From Candidatus Latescibacterota bacterium (lineage in GTDB: Bacteria; Latescibacterota; UBA2968; GCA-2709665), in assembly GCA_965208835.1 (NCBI GenBank), contig OZ242358.1, positions 4,064,001-4,128,000 of the forward strand: a stretch of 64,000 nucleotides of DNA, written 5' to 3'. Made by a program: the position numbers and the translations under genes. How positions within the stretch are numbered: position 1 is the first letter of the stretch; every line of letters starts with the position of its first letter. Positions 11,590 to 21,138 of this stretch are shown here, one piece after another. The notes under the pieces were generated by a model, which worked only from the letters and a program-made list of their open reading frames with translations, had not been told where the DNA came from and made no database searches.

Positions 11590-14500
11590 CTACGCACCAA
11601 ACGCATCGACGAATCTGAAGAAGTCAGCGAAATCCACGATGCCGTTGCCATCCAGGTCATAGCGTGGGTCCGTACTGCCGTACGCGTCGGCGAAAAGGAA
11701 GAAATCCACGAAGTCCGTCCGGCCATCGCCGTTGAAATCTGTCGCGGCCTGCCCACCGGATACGCCACTTCCGAATATCTCCAGGGGAAGGTCGGCGGAC
11801 TTGACGAAGGCGTATCCGGAATGTTTCGCGGGCAACGCCGGCAGTGTCCCTATATCCACGGTAGCGGCGAAAGTCGTGCCGGGCGTTCGTGTCACGGATA
11901 GCGTATCGCTTTCGAGGCTGCCAGCGGAAAGTGTGATCGTTGTTGCGCCGCCATTGATGCTGCCGTTCGCAACGCGAAGCGGCAGGACGACGTCAAACGG
12001 CGCGCCGGTTGGCGCCACTGCCTTGAACTGTCCTTCTCCGGTTTTCTCCAGGGATACATTGAGCGGTAGGGGATCGACTGCATTGCCGCCAAGGCGGAGT
12101 TCGGTCAGGGACGTCAGTCCTTCAAAGACGCCATCAGGAAGACTGGTTAGCTGATTGCCTGGCAGGTTGAGGCGCGTAAGACCGGTCAATCCGGAAAAAT
12201 CCCCCGGTTTCAACGCTGAGATGCTCTGGTAGCCGAGGCGAAGCTGGGTAATCGCGGCGAGATGCGCTTCGGTCACAATGCTGGAATCGCTGATGACCGG
12301 CACGGCGGCAACAATTCCATTGCGCACCTGTGCCGTACGTTCGCTTAGCGGCACGGCGGGCAGATTGCTGACCCTGGCTTCGGCGGACATCTCCCCCTCG
12401 CCCACGGTGTTCACCGCGCGAACCTCGAATGTGTATTGTGAAGGGTTGTTCAGGCCGATGACCGTGTAACCGGCCTCGTTATCTCCACCGGCGCCGCTGT
12501 CGGGAACAGGCATCCATGGACCGAATGATCCATTTCGGACCTTTTCCCGGTACTCGTGACCCGTAATTTCAATGCCGCCATCGCAAGGCGTGGTCCAATG
12601 CAGCCCAACCTGGTTCCCGTCGTTGATGGCGGTCACGATGGGGGCATCCGGGGCGGTAGGGTGAAGGGTAATTTTCCAGGAGTATTGAAAACCAACAGGC
12701 CAAACCATGTGAGATGTTTCGCGCCAAAGGTACCAACTTGCTCCGTAAGCCGAGCCCTCCCCTGCATCAGCTAACGCTAAACCACCACTCGAGGAAAGCT
12801 GACTAAAGGACATAAGTTTCCTGTCGCATGAAGAGAATCCGGGACTAATCAGGAGCGAAATCTGATGGGTGAGATTGTTACCGATACGCGATATACTGAT
12901 TCCATGGATTGTATATGTAGCGCCTCTATATGAGAACGTCGGGTTTGAAATTGAACCGGCATTGTGATGTCGACTGTAACCGAAACCCGTCGCATTGCCG
13001 TTATTGAAGTCATTCCCCCATGTACCTCCAGTGGAGGTTCCCGACCAGACCCGGGTTACGACAGCCCCGGCAGTGACCGCCAGCGGCAGGTCGGCGGACT
13101 TGACCAGCGCGTATCCGGAATGATTTGGGGGCAACGCCGGCAGTGTGCCTATATCCACGGTAGCGGCGAACGTCGTGCCGGGCGTACGCGTCACAGAAAG
13201 CGTATCGCTTTCGAGGCTGCCAGCGGGAATAGTGATTGTCGTCGCGCCGCCGCTGATGCTGCCGTTCGCAACGCGAAGCGGCAGGACGACGTCAAACGGC
13301 GCGCCGGTTGGCGCCACTGCCTTGAACTGTCCTTCTCCGGTTTTCTCCAGGGATACATTGAGCGGCAGGGGATCGACCGCGTTGCTGCCCAGGGAAAGCC
13401 TGGTCAGCCCGGTCAGTCCTACGAAGATGCTGTCGGGCAGCGCCGTCAGCCGGTTGCCGATCATGCGCAGATCCGTCAGTACGGTCAGTCCGTCAAGGAG
13501 GCCCGACGGCAGCGTCGTCATTCGATTGAGGCCGAAGCGGAGCGTTTGCAGCGACGAAAGCCCCCAGAAAATGTCCTCTGGCAGGCTGGTGAGTTGGTTG
13601 CCCCACAGTCGGAGTTCCTCCAGACTTGTGAGCCCATCGAAGTCTCCGGATTTCAATGATGAAATGCCTGTATCGTTGAGGTAAAGTGCGGTTATGCCAT
13701 CAAGGTGCGTCGCCGTGATTTGCGCAAAGCTCGAAACATTGGGGTCGTTCAATCGGACAACGCCGAGAATCGCATCTCGCACCTGCGACGTGCGCTGGCC
13801 GACCGGAGCAATGGACGCCGTCCACTCAGACACGTCCCAGAATTTGATCTGCCTGCTATTCGGCCTCGCATCATTGCCGATGAGCATTCTTCCGTCTGGA
13901 GAAAACGTCATGCGCCGCACGCCACCCGGCCCACCTGAAATGGACGCCAGGAGTTCGCTCTTCGAAATGTCCCATAGTTCAATCAGACCGAAAGCCGTCA
14001 CTGCGAGAGTGGCGCCATCCGGCGAAATCACCGGATAGGCACGATTGTAATCTCGCATATCGTTCACCGCGCCGGTCTGTACTCCTGTTGCCAGATCCCA
14101 GAGCTTCACTGCCCATGAAACGGGTGATGCGACGAGTGTCCCGTCCTTTGAAATCGCTACGGCTCCTTTTGCTCCAGTCTCTATGGTCCGAATCAGGGCT
14201 CTTGTGGACACGTTCCAAAGCCTGACAGTGCCGGTAACGGAAACGGAAGCAAGGTTCCCGTCGCGCACAAAGGCGATCTTGCCTACTCTTTCCGTGTGTC
14301 CTTCAAGGGTAGCGCCATTTGTCCAGGTCGCGACGTTCCACAACTTTACCGTACGGTCGAATGATCCGGAAGCGAGCATCGAACCATCCGAGGAAAAATC
14401 CAGAGACGCCACCTGATCAGCGTGTCCTGCCAGCGTCGCGACCTCTGTTTCACTGGTCACGTTCCACACTTTGATCGTGCCTTCCTTCGATCCCGCGGCG

Positions 14501-15894
14501 AGCAGTGTACCGTCGGGTGAGAAGGCTACCGCCGGGATCGTGTTGGCCGAATGGTGAAAGGTGGTTATCGTCTCCCTTTTCGTAGCATCAAGCAACTCCA
14601 CTCGCCCTGATTCGCCTATTGCCAGAAACGCGCCAACAGGGGAAAACGCGAAGTCGCCAATATCGTAGAAATTCGGCCTTTCGAGTGTGGCGATGTGTTG
14701 TGGCGAGTGTCCCGCCTCGAGCGTAAATGACTTAGGACTCACCGTGCTGGTTCGATTCCCGGCTGTATCGACTGCCACGACATAGATCGGATGCAGGATC
14801 GTATTGGAGAGCGTCGTATGCGCCTCCGGTGCGGTGCCCACGTTGTCGGATGGAAGCCTTCCGTCGAAATTGAATTCGACGACGGTATCCGTTTCGCCGG
14901 ACAACTCGTGGCACGCTTTCACTTCGGGTGTGCCGCCCAGGAATGGATTTTGGGGGCGGACGAACAGAATCACCTGTTGGAGTCCGTCATCATCGCGGAC
15001 TCTCAGTTGAACGGGCGTACTTTGCGAACGGAACGGATATTCGGTTGACGAAACAAGCTCAACGGCAGGCGGCGATGCGTTTTCGAGCGGGACGTCGGCG
15101 TTGAAGTACGGATGAACGGACAGGAATCCCGCGGCGCAAGCGGACAGTCTGGCAGACGACCGGTCCGCGCGCCCATACGACATTATGTACTTATCATCGC
15201 GAAAGTCGTGGTGCAGACCGAATGCGTGCCCCAGTTCATGGGCGCCGGCAAACCAGTCCCAATCGCCGTATATCACCGCCCATCCGCTGTCCTTCACACC
15301 TGTTCCGCGTCCGTGGGCTGAACTCGCGCTGACGTCCATGACAATCAGTATGATATTGGACGAGTTGTCGAACGCTCGTCCAATCTCGCCTTCCGTATAT
15401 CCTCGGCTGCTGTAACGGCTGTCGCCGTAGTCCCCATCCACGCGATGAACGACCGGATCGCCCTGATCATCGGATTCGATCTGGAAAGTCGTGTATCTGT
15501 GCCCGTGGGTTTCCATCTGCTCGGCGTAGAATGTCTGAAGATCAAGTATCCCCGCCTTCATGGAATCCACGACTTCGGCGCGATACGGCCGGTCGTTCGG
15601 CAAAAAGTAGAATAGGCGAACGGTCCGCGGTTCTCCCACGTTCAGGTCGGACGCCCACTTACCCGCGGGATGGGGCGCGTCGCGCTGCAACTGTTCCGGG
15701 TCGACAGGCAGGCAGAAATGCACGCTGTCGCCAGGTTCGGATGATGCATGGCCGTCTGACGGCGGTGGGAGAAGGACAGACAGAACTGCCAGTATTGCGG
15801 TATGCAAGTTTGTCTTCACGTCAGGAGCCCCTGTCTGTGACGTTCGCTCCAGGGTGAATCCACGCGCCGAAGGCGCATTTCTCGATGCAGTCAT
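11590..15894 (-). CDS. Large secreted mosaic: metzincin peptidase + WD40 + LRR + repeated beta domain + FN3 + LRR + dockerin (class A)
   Basis: HELGHAFGLHH/YIMSYG; WD40 repeats; typical LRRs (LxxLxLxxNxLTSLPxxxFxGL); FN3 (YTFEVRAVN); C-terminal dockerin. Start is either ATG 15894 (ATGA overlap with the upstream stop) or GTG 15819. Confidence 0.85.
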   Translation of the reverse strand: MTASRNAPSARGFTLERTSQTGAPDVKTNLHTAILAVLSVLLPPPSDGHASSEPGDSVHFCLPVDPEQLQRDAPHPAGKWASDLNVGEPRTVRLFYFLPNDRPYRAEVVDSMKAGILDLQTFYAEQMETHGHRYTTFQIESDDQGDPVVHRVDGDYGDSRYSSRGYTEGEIGRAFDNSSNIILIVMDVSASSAHGRGTGVKDSGWAVIYGDWDWFAGAHELGHAFGLHHDFRDDKYIMSYGRADRSSARLSACAAGFLSVHPYFNADVPLENASPPAVELVSSTEYPFRSQSTPVQLRVRDDDGLQQVILFVRPQNPFLGGTPEVKACHELSGETDTVVEFNFDGRLPSDNVGTAPEAHTTLSNTILHPIYVVAVDTAGNRTSTVSPKSFTLEAGHSPQHIATLERPNFYDIGDFAFSPVGAFLAIGESGRVELLDATKRETITTFHHSANTIPAVAFSPDGTLLAAGSKEGTIKVWNVTSETEVATLAGHADQVASLDFSSDGSMLASGSFDRTVKLWNVATWTNGATLEGHTERVGKIAFVRDGNLASVSVTGTVRLWNVSTRALIRTIETGAKGAVAISKDGTLVASPVSWAVKLWDLATGVQTGAVNDMRDYNRAYPVISPDGATLAVTAFGLIELWDISKSELLASISGGPGGVRRMTFSPDGRMLIGNDARPNSRQIKFWDVSEWTASIAPVGQRTSQVRDAILGVVRLNDPNVSSFAQITATHLDGITALYLNDTGISSLKSGDFDGLTSLEELRLWGNQLTSLPEDIFWGLSSLQTLRFGLNRMTTLPSGLLDGLTVLTDLRMIGNRLTALPDSIFVGLTGLTRLSLGSNAVDPLPLNVSLEKTGEGQFKAVAPTGAPFDVVLPLRVANGSISGGATTITIPAGSLESDTLSVTRTPGTTFAATVDIGTLPALPPNHSGYALVKSADLPLAVTAGAVVTRVWSGTSTGGTWGNDFNNGNATGFGYSRHHNAGSISNPTFSYRGATYTIHGISISRIGNNLTHQISLLISPGFSSCDRKLMSFSQLSSSGGLALADAGEGSAYGASWYLWRETSHMVWPVGFQYSWKITLHPTAPDAPIVTAINDGNQVGLHWTTPCDGGIEITGHEYREKVRNGSFGPWMPVPDSGAGGDNEAGYTVIGLNNPSQYTFEVRAVNTVGEGEMSAEARVSNLPAVPLSERTAQVRNGIVAAVPVISDSSIVTEAHLAAITQLRLGYQSISALKPGDFSGLTGLTRLNLPGNQLTSLPDGVFEGLTSLTELRLGGNAVDPLPLNVSLEKTGEGQFKAVAPTGAPFDVVLPLRVANGSINGGATTITLSAGSLESDTLSVTRTPGTTFAATVDIGTLPALPAKHSGYAFVKSADLPLEIFGSGVSGGQAATDFNGDGRTDFVDFFLFADAYGSTDPRYDLDGNGIVDFADFFRFVDAFGA
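11781..13395. repeat. Intragenic direct repeat, about 310 bp, offset 1299 bp
   Basis: 11781-12095 matches 13080-13394 (NAVDPLPLNVSLEKTGEGQFKAVAPTGAPFDVVLPLRVANGSI...KSADLPL), with an identical core of roughly 110 bp. Confidence 0.9.
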
Positions 15895-18800
15895 TCATGT
15901 CTACCCACGACGTCGACGATGCGTCCATTCTCATCAACAACGTAGATCGGTCCCTCCGCAATGCAATCCCCCCAGTGCATCAGATGCTCCGCGACGGGCT
16001 TGGCGCTTGCGGGGGTGGGAAGCCTGTATTCATCGGCCTGGCCGATATCGACCTGGTAGCCGTGGTCGGCCAGCGACTGGATTGAAATCTTGCTTAAGGA
16101 AAGGGACCCCACGAGGTCCGGTCTGACGCTCGCTGTCATCAGTTCGTCGCCAAACACCGACCCCCGCCAATGGCTGCTATCGCTCTCTACAGGTACCTTT
16201 GGGCCGATGTAGTTCCGCCCTCCCGCATCGTCAAAGGCTCGAATCGCCCTTGGGCCGGTGAAGTACACATCACTCTCACCGCGAACAAGGTCCAGTGACT
16301 CCCATAACGTCCCAAATCCGAGCACGTGCCCCATCTCATGAAGGATTACGTCAGAAAGAATGGTCTCAGACATCCATTCCAGGTCGTCCCTGTCGATTGC
16401 TATCACTCCGATTTTCGTAACGAGCGTCCCCTGATCTCGATTTCTTTTGACAATGCGCGTTCCGCCTCTTCCGAGCGTGCCCTCGGCGCCGTCAATTTCA
16501 ACGATGCCAACGAAAATCCGCAGGTCATCTACAGTATCGTCGACGAATATTCGTGCGTCCAGAAGGTCGTCCCACCGGTCGATCGGATTATCCGAAAAGT
16601 CGCTGTCCGGAATGTCTCCGGTAATGATGGACATCCATCGTGCGGCAGCCTTGTGGAATAATGCCTTCTTGGACGCGTTGAATCCGTCCCCTGAAGAGTC
16701 TTCGATGAAGACGAGCTCGATTCGGAAAGGAGACGGCGCGCCGCCTACGCCCACCCCCGAGGGGTCGATCAGCCCGTCCGCGCCCGTGACGAGGTCTTCC
16801 ACGCCGGACCCGTCGAGATTGGCCCGCTGAATCTTGTCCGTACCGGCGTCTGCCCAGTATATCTTTCCCCCGCCCACGTCCAATGCCAGTCCGTTCGGCT
16901 TATCCAGGCCGCTGGTCACCAGGTCTTCAATACCTGACCCGTCCAGGTTCGCCCGCTGAATCTTGTCCGTGCGCCGGTCGGTCCAGTACATCTTCCCGTT
17001 GGCCAGGTCCAGACCCAGCCCGGTCGGACTGCCGAGACCACTCGCAATCAGGTCTTGGACTCCCGACCCGTCCAGGTTAGACCGCTGAATCTTCCGGGAT
17101 CCAGGGCTCGTCCAGTACAGCTTACCGCCATCCAGGTCCAGTTCCAGTTCGCCAGGGAAGACAATCCCGCCGGTGATCAGATCCGCAACGCCGGAACCAT
17201 CCAGGTTGGCGCGCTGAATCCTGCTGGTCTGCCGGTCCGTCCAGTACATCCTGCCGCCAACCGCGTCGAGAGCAAGGCCGTAGGGTATTCCCAGGCCGGT
17301 GACAAGATCTTCCACATTAGAACCATCGAGATTTGCCCGTTGAATCCTCGAAGCGCCAGCGTCCGTCCAGTACATCTTCCCTCCGGCCATGTCCAGGACC
17401 AGGCCGTCCGGGCCGTCCAGTCCGCCGCCTACGACCAGGTCTTCAATCCCCGAGCCGTCGAGGTTGGCGCGTTGGATTCTGTCCGTGCCCCAGTCCGTCC
17501 AGTACAGCTTCGACGCTCCACCGGCAGGTGGTGTCACCACCGCGACCGTTATGCTCACGGCAGCGGAGCAGTTGTTTCCGGTATCTGATTCATCTGTTAC
17601 CGCATCTACGCAGGCCCCGTAGTAGTACGCTCCAGCGCTTGATGGCGCTGACAATCGAATCCACGCATTCTCGGTGCCGGCGGCTGGGAGGCCCGTTACC
17701 GCACCTGTGCCGAGTTCGATATCACTCCTGGAAATCGTCGCGTCCCGCGAGCGGTAGTATCGCAGTGTGGTCGAGCCCGCAGGTCCGTCGCCCCGGTTCC
17801 GCACGGTCACATTGAGTGTGAAGGACTGCCCGGGCGTCAGGGCGTTGTCGCTGACCGTGAGCGCGGCGAGTACAAGATCCGGGGGGCTCCCACCGCCTGA
17901 GGTCGGGACCACCTTACCGAAATTCCGCGCAAAGATCAGAAAATCGGAAAATCCGATCTCGCCGTCACCGTCCAGGTCGAAACGCGCGTCAAAACCCGCG
18001 TCGCCCTGCTGCGCCCCGAATCTTGACGCAAACTGTAGAAAATCGGAAAAGCCTACCGTCCCGTCGCCGTCAAAGTCGGGAGAAGGCGTCGAATTAAATA
18101 TGATCACCCTGTTCGTCGTGAATACGTCGCTGGCCGTGGTGCTCTCGGCAAGTGTGACCATGTCGATGCCGATTGAAAACTCACGACCCGTCACATCAGA
18201 AATTGTCTCGAACTCGGCACGCGCCAGAAAACCGGAGGGCGGCAGCGTCACGGGCGTACTGCTTGCGAAGTTGGTCCCCACTGACCCCTCTGGAAGGGAA
18301 AGGGGAAAAGAGCTGTTCTCGGCCTTTACGTATTCCAGAAGCGAAGCATCGAAGTCGAATTTGAGGACCATCCCGATCAGCGAAGTGTTCAGATCCGCAG
18401 CGAAAACCTCGATGGCGATGGTTTGTCCCCTTCCTGAAACGGCGCCTGACGTGACGCCATCGTCGATCCGGTCGCCGTCCCCGCCGTCGGATATGAGGTC
18501 AAGTGACAGAACATCGCTGCCGTCGGCACCGGAAGGCACGGCATTGAACATGATCACATCTGAGGTTGTAAGCACGTCGCTCGACGTTGTGCTTTCGGCA
18601 AGCGTGATCATGTCAATGCCGATTGAAAACGTCCGGTCTGTCACGTCTGCGGCGGTCTCGAACTCGACGCGCGCGAGAAAGCCGGAAGGCGTCAACGAAA
18701 TTGGTGTTCCAGACGCGAAGTTGGCACCGACGGAACCCTCAGGTAATGTCAGGGGAAACGCGCTGTTTTCGGCCTTTACGAAGGAAAGAAGCGAAGCATC

Positions 18801-19052
18801 GAAGTCGAATTTAAGCACAACGCCGATCAGCGACGTATTCACGCCCGTGGCGAACACCTCGACGGCGATGGTCTGTCCGTCTCCGGAAAACGTACCGGTG
18901 ACGACGCCGTCGTCCGTCCGGTTGCCCGCGCCGCCATCGGCAATCAGATCAAGGGAGAGTACCGCATTCGCATTGGGTCCGGCATTGGCCTGAACGGCAA
19001 CTGCCATTGACACAATCGCCACGAAAGCCAACAGAGCCCGGCTTGAAGACAT
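15891..19052 (-). CDS. Putative adaptor scaffoldin: 2x cohesin-like + dockerin (class B) + CARDB + YWTD propeller + leishmanolysin-like (M8) metallopeptidase
   Basis: Two ~150-aa repeats with IAVEVFA...LKFDFDASLLxF...FLARxEF; DFDGDGTVGFSDF...DLDGDGEIGFSDF; PDLV...TVRNRG...ESDTGNN CARDB; six YWTD-type repeats; HEMGHVLG...SHW...ELM M8 signature. Confidence 0.75.
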   Translation of the reverse strand: MSSSRALLAFVAIVSMAVAVQANAGPNANAVLSLDLIADGGAGNRTDDGVVTGTFSGDGQTIAVEVFATGVNTSLIGVVLKFDFDASLLSFVKAENSAFPLTLPEGSVGANFASGTPISLTPSGFLARVEFETAADVTDRTFSIGIDMITLAESTTSSDVLTTSDVIMFNAVPSGADGSDVLSLDLISDGGDGDRIDDGVTSGAVSGRGQTIAIEVFAADLNTSLIGMVLKFDFDASLLEYVKAENSSFPLSLPEGSVGTNFASSTPVTLPPSGFLARAEFETISDVTGREFSIGIDMVTLAESTTASDVFTTNRVIIFNSTPSPDFDGDGTVGFSDFLQFASRFGAQQGDAGFDARFDLDGDGEIGFSDFLIFARNFGKVVPTSGGGSPPDLVLAALTVSDNALTPGQSFTLNVTVRNRGDGPAGSTTLRYYRSRDATISRSDIELGTGAVTGLPAAGTENAWIRLSAPSSAGAYYYGACVDAVTDESDTGNNCSAAVSITVAVVTPPAGGASKLYWTDWGTDRIQRANLDGSGIEDLVVGGGLDGPDGLVLDMAGGKMYWTDAGASRIQRANLDGSNVEDLVTGLGIPYGLALDAVGGRMYWTDRQTSRIQRANLDGSGVADLITGGIVFPGELELDLDGGKLYWTSPGSRKIQRSNLDGSGVQDLIASGLGSPTGLGLDLANGKMYWTDRRTDKIQRANLDGSGIEDLVTSGLDKPNGLALDVGGGKIYWADAGTDKIQRANLDGSGVEDLVTGADGLIDPSGVGVGGAPSPFRIELVFIEDSSGDGFNASKKALFHKAAARWMSIITGDIPDSDFSDNPIDRWDDLLDARIFVDDTVDDLRIFVGIVEIDGAEGTLGRGGTRIVKRNRDQGTLVTKIGVIAIDRDDLEWMSETILSDVILHEMGHVLGFGTLWESLDLVRGESDVYFTGPRAIRAFDDAGGRNYIGPKVPVESDSSHWRGSVFGDELMTASVRPDLVGSLSLSKISIQSLADHGYQVDIGQADEYRLPTPASAKPVAEHLMHWGDCIAEGPIYVVDENGRIVDVVGRHE

Positions 19053-19073
19053 GAACGATACTCCTGTCCGGCT

Positions 19074-21095
19074 TTACGAGCCGAATGCATCCACAAACTT
19101 GAAGAAGTCAGCGAAATCGACGACGCCGTTGCCGTCCAGGTCATAGCGTGGGTCCGTACTGCCGTACGCATCGGCAAAAAGGAAGAAATCGACAAAGTCC
19201 GTCCGTCCGTCACCATTGAAGTCAGTGGGCGCTCCCGGCGGAGACGTCCCCGTCGAACGGCCGCCGGTCTGCAACTCGTAGGCGTAGAGCCTATCGTCTA
19301 TGTAGTCGGCCACCCACATGGTCGTCCCGTCCGACCAGATGCCTCTCGGCTCACTGTTTCCGGCGTCATCCAGTGTTTCAATGTCCTTGACCGGGTCATG
19401 AGCCTTTGAGGTCGTATCGTAGGCATAGAGCTTTTCATCGAACCAGTCCGCGACCCACATCGCAGTCCCATTGGACCAGATGCCCAGCGGACTCGCGTTT
19501 CCGGCGCTTCGGAGCGCGCCGAACTCACGTGCGGAATCCCTGGCTCTTGTGATCAAATCGTAGGCGTATAATTTCCTGTCGGAATTGTCCGCGACCCACA
19601 TCGTATTGCCATCAGACCAGATGCCCCAGGGATCGTCGTTGCCAGCCCGATCCAGGGTATCAAAGTCCCTGGAGGGATCGCGTACACGGGAGGCCATAAC
19701 GTACGCATACAGTTTCCTGTCATGGGTGTCCGCCACCCACATGGTTGTTCCATCTGACCAGATGCCGGCAGGTGAGTCGTTTCCTGCCGGATCCAGCGTG
19801 TCAAAATCCCTGGAAGCGTCGCGAGCCCGGGAGGTCATGTCATAGGCGTATAGTTTCTCGTCATGCTGGTCCGCCACCCACATGGTCGTACCGTCGGACC
19901 AGATGCCCGCAGGGGACGTGTTTCGGGCCGGGCCCAGAGTGGCGAAATCGTTCGCAGGGTCCCGTGCGAATCGAACGCCAATCGATGTGAGTTCCCACTT
20001 GCGCACGTCTCCGTCCTCGGCGCCGGTGACCAGAATACCGCCGTCGGGGCTGAAGGACACGCTATGTACGGGTGATTCGTGTCCAAGCATCGCCTTGACC
20101 TTCCATGTACGTGGGTCCCACACCCGAGCGACACCGTCGGCGCTTCCACTGGCGAAGAGGCTGTCGCCCGTTGCGAATGCCACGCTGAGAACGGGCGATT
20201 TGTGATCCAGCGTGCCAAGGAGTTCTCCATCCTCGGAGTTCCACACCCGCACCGAACCGTCCGTGCTCCCGCTCGCAATCACACTGCCGTCGAAACTGAA
20301 TGCCAGGCTCATGATCGTCCCGGTATGCCCGGTCAAGGTGTGCTGGTGAGCGCCGGTTCTGCCGTCCCATAACCGGATGGTCCCGTCCGCGCTCCCGCTG
20401 GCAAGCACCTCGCCGTCGAGACGGAACGCAAGACTCGACACGCTGTCCGTATGGCCTTCAAGGGTCCTCGTGTGCGCGCCCGTCTCCGCGTTCCACAGTC
20501 GGATAGTCCCGTCCGCGCTCCCGCTGGCCAGAAGGTGGTGATCCAGTGGACTGAAGACCGTGCTCAGAACGGCGCCTGTATGCCCGCTCAGGCTCGTCTT
20601 GAGTTCCCCGGTACTCGGGATCCACAGATGCAGCAGTCCGTCCTCGGTACCACTTGCCAGCACGCAGCCGTCCACGGCGCAATACGCCAGGCTCAGTACC
20701 GCAGATACGTGTCGCAGCGTAAGCGTTATCCCCCCGGTGAGAATGTCCCACAGGAGAACGTCGTAGTCGCAGCCGCCGCTTGCCAGTATCGCCCCATAGG
20801 GGTCGAAGGCAGTGGTCAACACACAACCCGTGTGCCCCACGAACGTCAGTGCAAGCCTGACGGTGAGGTCGACCACCCCGACCGCGACTTCGACAACGCC
20901 AACCGCGAGGTCCACGACCGCGACAGTGACGTCTATGACGGTCGTTGCGACAGTGGCGATGGTCTCGACAACGTCGCCGATCACACCGAAGAGATCGTCG
21001 AAGAAACCGTAGCCCGTACCGGGTATCGCGCATACTACGAGAAGTACCGTTAGATACAATACCACGAATTTCCAATTGAGCAACCTTCGCTTCAT
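19074..21095 (-). CDS. Secreted WD40 + 5x GIWSDG-repeat + dockerin (class A) protein with Val-rich N-terminal segment
   Basis: Signal peptide; about 7 WD40 repeats; five 47-aa GIWSDG repeats; terminal TDFNGDGRTDFVDFFLFADAYGSTDPRYDLDGNGVVDFADFFKFVDAFGS. Confidence 0.85.
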   Translation of the reverse strand: MKRRLLNWKFVVLYLTVLLVVCAIPGTGYGFFDDLFGVIGDVVETIATVATTVIDVTVAVVDLAVGVVEVAVGVVDLTVRLALTFVGHTGCVLTTAFDPYGAILASGGCDYDVLLWDILTGGITLTLRHVSAVLSLAYCAVDGCVLASGTEDGLLHLWIPSTGELKTSLSGHTGAVLSTVFSPLDHHLLASGSADGTIRLWNAETGAHTRTLEGHTDSVSSLAFRLDGEVLASGSADGTIRLWDGRTGAHQHTLTGHTGTIMSLAFSFDGSVIASGSTDGSVRVWNSEDGELLGTLDHKSPVLSVAFATGDSLFASGSADGVARVWDPRTWKVKAMLGHESPVHSVSFSPDGGILVTGAEDGDVRKWELTSIGVRFARDPANDFATLGPARNTSPAGIWSDGTTMWVADQHDEKLYAYDMTSRARDASRDFDTLDPAGNDSPAGIWSDGTTMWVADTHDRKLYAYVMASRVRDPSRDFDTLDRAGNDDPWGIWSDGNTMWVADNSDRKLYAYDLITRARDSAREFGALRSAGNASPLGIWSNGTAMWVADWFDEKLYAYDTTSKAHDPVKDIETLDDAGNSEPRGIWSDGTTMWVADYIDDRLYAYELQTGGRSTGTSPPGAPTDFNGDGRTDFVDFFLFADAYGSTDPRYDLDGNGVVDFADFFKFVDAFGS

Positions 21096-21138
21096 TGCGA
21101 ACGCCCCATTATTCTATGCCGTGTTCGTATACGTTCAT

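Noticed and set aside
11781-13395. Repeat pair as a DGR template/variable region
   Set aside because: Mismatches are mixed and mostly synonymous, not adenine-specific; both copies are in-frame coding; no reverse transcriptase in the window.
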